From a virus (lineage: Duplodnaviria; Caudoviricetes), in IMG/VR virus record IMGVR_UViG_3300030207_001546, positions 1-31,242 of that record: a DNA stretch of 31,242 bases; one strand, given 5' to 3'. The position numbers and the translations under genes are program-made. Numbering within the stretch: the first letter of the stretch is position 1; every line of letters begins with the position of its first letter. The notes beneath the pieces were generated by a model. It saw nothing but the letters and a program-made list of their open reading frames with translations, was not told where the DNA came from and searched no databases. Below are positions 27,201 to 31,242 of this stretch, piece after piece.

Positions 27201-30200
27201 GGGTAGTAGAAGCGCCTTTTAGTAGTATATTTGGTGGAGCTATAATGGGTGAAAAAGGAACTTTTGAATTAAACGGTAATACCTACACTATCTATACTAA
27301 AGATGGTCAAGTTCAAGGTGTATTAGATAGCAACGGTGACTTAGTTACAGTAAAAAGCTTTGGTGGTAATTATAACGCTTATTTTGATTTTCAGGAAAAC
27401 TATTTAAATAAAATAAACAACGAAGAAATAAGTCTTGAAGACTACTTTGCGGCGGGTGCTTTTACAGAAGTGGCTACTGTTGAAGTTTTAAAAATGTGGG
27501 CTGTTATACAAACAACAGGTGGTCTTGGTTATTTAGCCGAGAGCGCTGGGCTTGGCGCTACAGGTATTAGAGTTTCTCAGGGTGCTTTTCAGTTTTTATT
27601 TTATGGTACTCAATCTTACGAGAACTCTAAACAAGTTTATTTAAACGCTAATCCTGGTGATTATGAAGGAGCTTCAGACTATGCTTTTATAAATGGTGCT
27701 ATAACTGGTATAATAGCTCAAATAAACGTTGAAGGTAGATTAGGTGGTAGCTCGCTATCAAAAGAAGCTATAGATCGACTATCGTTGAGTTTTGCTAGTA
27801 ATCAAACTATGAAGCTTAGCAAAAGTGAGTTTGTAAAAGAAGTTTCAAGAGGTATAGGTCTTATGATTGCAGGTGAGACTGTTGAGGAAATATCTGAGCT
27901 ATATTTACAAAAAGTGGTTAGTGATTACTTTGATAATACTAAGGCTGGTGGTGAATATAATCTTTTAGATATTGACATAACACCTAAAGACTTGTTAGAA
28001 ATGCAGTTATTAGTTACAACCACGGCTGGTGTTATGGGAGGTAAAATGACTTATAATAAATTAAAAGGCATACAAAAAGGTAATTTTGATTACATAATGT
28101 CTGACGCTTTAAAAGTTTTAAAAGAAGACCCTGATTTTACTAGTTTAAAATTAAAATTAAAACAAGCTCTTGATAATACAGGTGTAGATGGTAACAAGTT
28201 AATCACACAAGAACAATACGACAACGCTATACTATTTTTTAATGATTTATCTGCTATAAAAACAAAGCTTGATAAAGAAAAAGGTGCTGTTGACGCTTAC
28301 AATGATACCGAATATAAGCTGCTACTTAATTTAAGTTTTCAAAAAAAATCGTTAGAAAGAAATGATGATGGTAAAAGCCAAGAACAGCTAAACATTGAAT
28401 TAGAAAGAGTTAATGGACTTATAAAAAGCGTTAAACAAGGTGACTTTTTTGCTACAGCAAAAGACGATCCAAACTCTAGATATAATATTTATCACGCTGT
28501 AAAACAAACAGGTGAGTATCAGTTAAAACTTGTTGTACTTTTAAAAACACTTTTTCCTAATATAAATGACTTTGCTGACCAAATACAAGAGATTCAAAAC
28601 TTGATAGATCAAAACAACGAAATGGGAGAAGAGTCTTTTAAAAAGAATAACCCAGAAGGACACAAGACACTTGAAGATTTTAAAAAACAAGAACAAACTA
28701 TATTTGATGAGTCTCAAGAATCTCTTCAACAAGAAGCTATAAGCTACGCTAAAAAAACAGGTAAAGACCACACTGATCAAGAAGTTTTAGATCGTATAAA
28801 AATAAAGTTTTTAATTAACAAAGAGTGGGACATTGGTATTCATATAGAAGAGAAAAAACACAGAGAGCAAATAGCAGAAAATCAAGAAAAGTTTGATAAA
28901 CTAAAGAAAAGAAAACCTGACGTTGTAAATAGTAAAACTACAAACGAGGAGTTTGAAAAAATAATAGACGCTTGTGTTACAGATAGACAAAAAGTAATAG
29001 TACAAAAAATAAAAGACAGAATAAGAGTTTATCCAGATCTTGAGATAACACTATATTATGATGGTAAAGTGTTTGATTTAGAAACTAATAATGGTGAGCT
29101 TACTGGTGGTAGTTTTAGTTTAAGTAACAACACTGCTAGCATAAACTTAGAACATGCAAAAAGTAATGTTGGTGACCACGAAATAAATCATTATTATCTT
29201 GATAACTTAAAATTACAACAACCTGATTTACACCGAGTATTAACAAAAAATATATTAAAATATATAAGGCAAAATCCTTTAATGGCACCTTATATAGAGT
29301 TTGGTAGAATATCTGCTGAGGCAAAAGGCTATAAGATTACAGACCCTGAGTTTAATGCTACACTAGAAGACGAAGCTGTTGTAGAGTTTTTATCAGATTT
29401 ACAAGCTGGTGAAATAAAAATAGATGGTGCTACAAAAAATAGTTTATTAAAAGGTGTTAAAAAATTATTATCAAATGTTAGGGGTAAAAGCTTAGAAACA
29501 ATGAGTTATGATCAAGTATTAGATTATATTGCAGATATGACTAGTGAATATACTAACATGCCTCTGTATGATACACCTATAAATCCTGGTGATATAGAAA
29601 TAAATCCTAATCAAGATAATAAAAACTCTGTAAATATAGGCGGTAAAAGACAGTATGTGTTAACTGTTGATGGTAAAGAAACAAATTTAGGTGAAGAAAT
29701 AAACAAGATATACGCTAAAGAAGGTATGGCTGCTTGGCCAAAAATAGAGTTGCTTGTAAGAAGAATACTACAAAATGAAGCTCAAAAAGCTAGAAAAAAC
29801 TCTGGACCTTTTAATCTTATACCTGGTTTTGACCTAGATAACTTTATATTTACATCGCTATATGGCTCTGATACTAGAGCTTTTGAGTCTATATTTGAGA
29901 CGGCTAAAAAGTTTGACCCAGAAACTAATGATGACTTTTTTGGTTTTATGATGACTAAAGGTTCAAATATATTTTTACCACAAATGCTGGACGCTATGAA
30001 AAGCGGTGATGTTGTAACTGATTTACCTACAGACTTTGATATAACGCCAGCTGACCCAGATATAGACCCAGACACAGACACAGATCTAGATCCAGATGAT
30101 GATACTGGTAAAGTTACTTTAATAGAGGGTATAGACTTAGACACTGATTTTAACGACGATGGTAAAACTAAAAACTATAAAACAGAGCTAGATGCAATAT

Positions 30201-31242
30201 TAATTAGGTTGCTAACTGGTAGCTTACCAGATTTTAGAACACAAGTTAGTAAAAATAGAATTAAAACACATCCGTTTACTAGCTACATAGTTCAACAAGT
30301 TGGTGATCCTAAAGGTAAATCAGGACAGCTAAGATTAAACACGCAGTTATTCTTAGGTAAAGGAGGTGATACTTATAGAAACAACTTAATAAAGTATAAG
30401 TCTGTTATATTAAATAATTTATCTACAACTTACCTTTCTAGAAACATACCTCAATTAGTAGAGAAGTTTGTTGTTGGTGAAGGTTGGACATTAGACTGGA
30501 AAGGCAAGAAAATAAAAAGAGACGGTAACAATCAAATGATGAGAACTGTTAAAGACCCTGCTAGTAAAATAGATGACAATACTTTTGTTTCAATATACAT
30601 GAACACCAAACCTGGTAAAAAAGAAGGAGATCCACCAATATACAGTAGAATACAGGGTAAAGGTGAAGGTTTAGAGTATCAACTAGCAGGCGAGATAGCG
30701 CTACAAACTTTATATAAAGAGTTAAAAGATCCTGAAAGTGAAATACGTAAGCGTTGGGATAAGGTTTATGGCGATTTAAGTAATGAGATATTAACTGAGA
30801 GCGAAATAGCTACTATCGGTAAAATGATGGAAAGAGGCGATGACAAGTTATCTGTTAACATAATAAAACTTAATGCTGATCCTATAAAGTGGACTGGATT
30901 ATGGACATCGCTTGATGACATATCAAAAGCTTTAAAAACAGTGCCTAACAGTAGTAAAAAAGCAGTTGTTGGTACAAAGAAAAAGCCTGGTGTAATAGCT
31001 GATATACTAAGTAAAGTTGTAGATGATAACGGTGATTTAGTGTTTACAAACGCAACAGAAAGAATTAATATTGCAAATGATATATTTGACTTAATAAAGA
31101 ACTATGATAATGTATCTACAATAGGTAAACAAAAATTAACTGTCACTGATTTTTCAAAAGAAATAGTTTCATCTAAAATGCTTTTTGATAATTTGATTAA
31201 AAAGTTTGATATAAGAAATAAAGATGGTAAGTTAGTAACAGC
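24227..31242 (+). CDS. Giant (>2338 aa, 3'-truncated) polyvalent internal virion protein with zincin metallopeptidase motif
   Basis: Absent from the ORF track because there is no stop in the window. Manual translation from ATG 24227 (MSNFLERIITNMRND...) finds no stop up to base 31242. Contains HEINH at 29177-29191, a hydrophobic Gly/Ala region at about 27446-28040, and a sigma-like segment at about 29700-30000. Confidence 0.9.
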   Translation, partial: MSNFLERIITNMRNDNASNEDIEAVIDYDKKEKQLNSVVDLNQTSYSYNPNQNDAIDPFEAKDKADVPKEDRKRIQKYLRGELGWRQYRSAKRDGTIEDLIQTRYNDEITKKSLEQEQPVVETSTPEVETEPEVSEGKTTKVFETEEKMDEYLTKPMKGTLPEVTVSPKEEEEKEDILSKIDLPPEEKLDIDNAFNTETVEEVTDRNKNLDKDTQGKSDPNWFKENITTTVDEELKTTGSVTNYHSELEEITNNYGPATLFIREHVTDAGQTKFVVYPNIVIAFDQPRIDLEAIDVDNDNIVKNDGKAIGYFNNDNDAFGYNQINGLYKTFDNEEQAIKYVEDYTSQNPYFINPNQYDGDKYENFMPTDYEGIIKPVQPTTIDFPENVKEQDYFEFNTTGGGNLVGNISYYNNYDYFQEIQQNTIDYNKTKVNYDDLIKSKKFRKELKKVDIPKTPYKNLHEILSTVSNELDKIENGLVTRTDYVSNISSGRTKSVKLLREKLIDVYEFIEGAYELGKLDVLAIEDEIKEILSIYDDINEYHVLADKDIKHVFNNGKSDYIIDYIEDNYPNLAKNTDDLIEFLVYNKDKGNVLTEWAKDVGNYINTGEWNYEQVDFDEKKLLDYIFSIDPKKSLQDMPLHDKDGSSYNARNYKFLKDLGINMKVDSPAAKLLILEALKGIISYKWRQYEGAWQDFNSMSQKALSASYDWKTINDDGLEEDIVISGYQIMEELKNTKAFVDSLPSKYKKLKELNIKSQPIKEIMDGLIETYDNIDRKIFGSPGDNGVWGDEDDIYGEFQLLTMPQVVNGIIVPMTDIDKEKVFNKLNLKSTRLKKQARLTFEKENQELLFKNKQLQEEWNSYTKGVENLNKKIEKAVLIKSMWDGVNEFGEEHLLKQNIRDLDAYKNIIGTKPINNKMEAEEVMSQSPATLLVELYDLENVIKRLEADLDAAGDDSFYIPVLGKFGGQLSRLINLVAISDPVREKFVSTKTDWVVEAPFSSIFGGAIMGEKGTFELNGNTYTIYTKDGQVQGVLDSNGDLVTVKSFGGNYNAYFDFQENYLNKINNEEISLEDYFAAGAFTEVATVEVLKMWAVIQTTGGLGYLAESAGLGATGIRVSQGAFQFLFYGTQSYENSKQVYLNANPGDYEGASDYAFINGAITGIIAQINVEGRLGGSSLSKEAIDRLSLSFASNQTMKLSKSEFVKEVSRGIGLMIAGETVEEISELYLQKVVSDYFDNTKAGGEYNLLDIDITPKDLLEMQLLVTTTAGVMGGKMTYNKLKGIQKGNFDYIMSDALKVLKEDPDFTSLKLKLKQALDNTGVDGNKLITQEQYDNAILFFNDLSAIKTKLDKEKGAVDAYNDTEYKLLLNLSFQKKSLERNDDGKSQEQLNIELERVNGLIKSVKQGDFFATAKDDPNSRYNIYHAVKQTGEYQLKLVVLLKTLFPNINDFADQIQEIQNLIDQNNEMGEESFKKNNPEGHKTLEDFKKQEQTIFDESQESLQQEAISYAKKTGKDHTDQEVLDRIKIKFLINKEWDIGIHIEEKKHREQIAENQEKFDKLKKRKPDVVNSKTTNEEFEKIIDACVTDRQKVIVQKIKDRIRVYPDLEITLYYDGKVFDLETNNGELTGGSFSLSNNTASINLEHAKSNVGDHEINHYYLDNLKLQQPDLHRVLTKNILKYIRQNPLMAPYIEFGRISAEAKGYKITDPEFNATLEDEAVVEFLSDLQAGEIKIDGATKNSLLKGVKKLLSNVRGKSLETMSYDQVLDYIADMTSEYTNMPLYDTPINPGDIEINPNQDNKNSVNIGGKRQYVLTVDGKETNLGEEINKIYAKEGMAAWPKIELLVRRILQNEAQKARKNSGPFNLIPGFDLDNFIFTSLYGSDTRAFESIFETAKKFDPETNDDFFGFMMTKGSNIFLPQMLDAMKSGDVVTDLPTDFDITPADPDIDPDTDTDLDPDDDTGKVTLIEGIDLDTDFNDDGKTKNYKTELDAILIRLLTGSLPDFRTQVSKNRIKTHPFTSYIVQQVGDPKGKSGQLRLNTQLFLGKGGDTYRNNLIKYKSVILNNLSTTYLSRNIPQLVEKFVVGEGWTLDWKGKKIKRDGNNQMMRTVKDPASKIDDNTFVSIYMNTKPGKKEGDPPIYSRIQGKGEGLEYQLAGEIALQTLYKELKDPESEIRKRWDKVYGDLSNEILTESEIATIGKMMERGDDKLSVNIIKLNADPIKWTGLWTSLDDISKALKTVPNSSKKAVVGTKKKPGVIADILSKVVDDNGDLVFTNATERINIANDIFDLIKNYDNVSTIGKQKLTVTDFSKEIVSSKMLFDNLIKKFDIRNKDGKLVT
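30053..30103 (+). repeat. Acidic (D-X)n tract DPDIDPDTDTDLDPDDD
   Basis: Degenerate GAY-NNA hexamer repeat within the giant ORF. Confidence 0.8.

Larger units (their letters stand above)
1..31242 (+). mobile_element. Tailed bacteriophage genome segment (virion morphogenesis module), probably a podovirus-like Bacteroidetes phage
   Basis: Co-oriented, tightly packed terminase-portal-scaffold-capsid-tail-giant internal protein genes. No host genes, integrase or att site are visible, so free phage versus prophage cannot be decided. Confidence 0.93.

Noticed and set aside
30032-30103. DFDIT / DxDxD strings as a virion RNA polymerase active site
   Set aside because: The double-psi-barrel catalytic motif needs DxDxD in a conserved context such as DFDGD or DFDID. 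Here it is DFDIT followed by a low-complexity acidic tract. An RNAP domain could still lie beyond the window.
356-30144. Short minus-strand ORFs in the track (e.g. 356-574, 10508-10750, 17389-17700, 24379-24861, 29782-30144)
   Set aside because: All lie antisense to long, well-supported + strand genes and have Ser/Phe/Leu-rich shadow composition.
24219-31242. Apparent 7-kb gene-poor region in the ORF track (possible ncRNA or recoded region)
   Set aside because: It is a single open frame from 24227 in the standard code, unreported only because its stop is outside the window.
1-31242. Stop-codon reassignment as known in some crAss-like phages
   Set aside because: Genes are full-length and tightly abutting under the standard bacterial code; no fragmentation by TAG or TGA.
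1-31242. tRNA, rRNA, CRISPR array, integrase, intron/intein or diversity-generating retroelement
   Set aside because: Intergenic gaps are at most about 70 nt. I saw no repeat-spacer pattern, reverse transcriptase or splicing motifs, and terL, portal and capsid genes are uninterrupted.

Overview
AT-rich fragment of a tailed dsDNA phage genome. All real genes are on the + strand and form one morphogenesis cluster. The order is: 5'-truncated holin, small accessory/LamG-type proteins, a GroES-like protein, putative small and clear large terminase, portal, scaffold, major capsid protein, two ring/adaptor-type tail proteins, a 2139-aa tail stabilisation (muzzle)-type protein, an Ig/cadherin-containing structural protein, and three putative internal/ejected proteins. 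Gene order, protein sizes and A-rich start contexts without Shine-Dalgarno sequences point to a short-tailed Bacteroidetes (probably Flavobacteria) phage with crAss-like/Cellulophaga-phage-like head-tail organisation; this is inference. The supplied ORF track misses the largest gene, which runs from ATG 24227 past the window end (>2338 aa). My manual translation of it shows a TonB-box-like LPEVTV motif, a Gly/Ala-rich hydrophobic region, an HExxH zincin protease motif and a segment resembling sigma-70 region 2. A co-injected polyvalent protein carrying a protease and a possible sigma-like module is the best candidate for an undescribed system. All family assignments come from motif recognition by eye, not from database searches.
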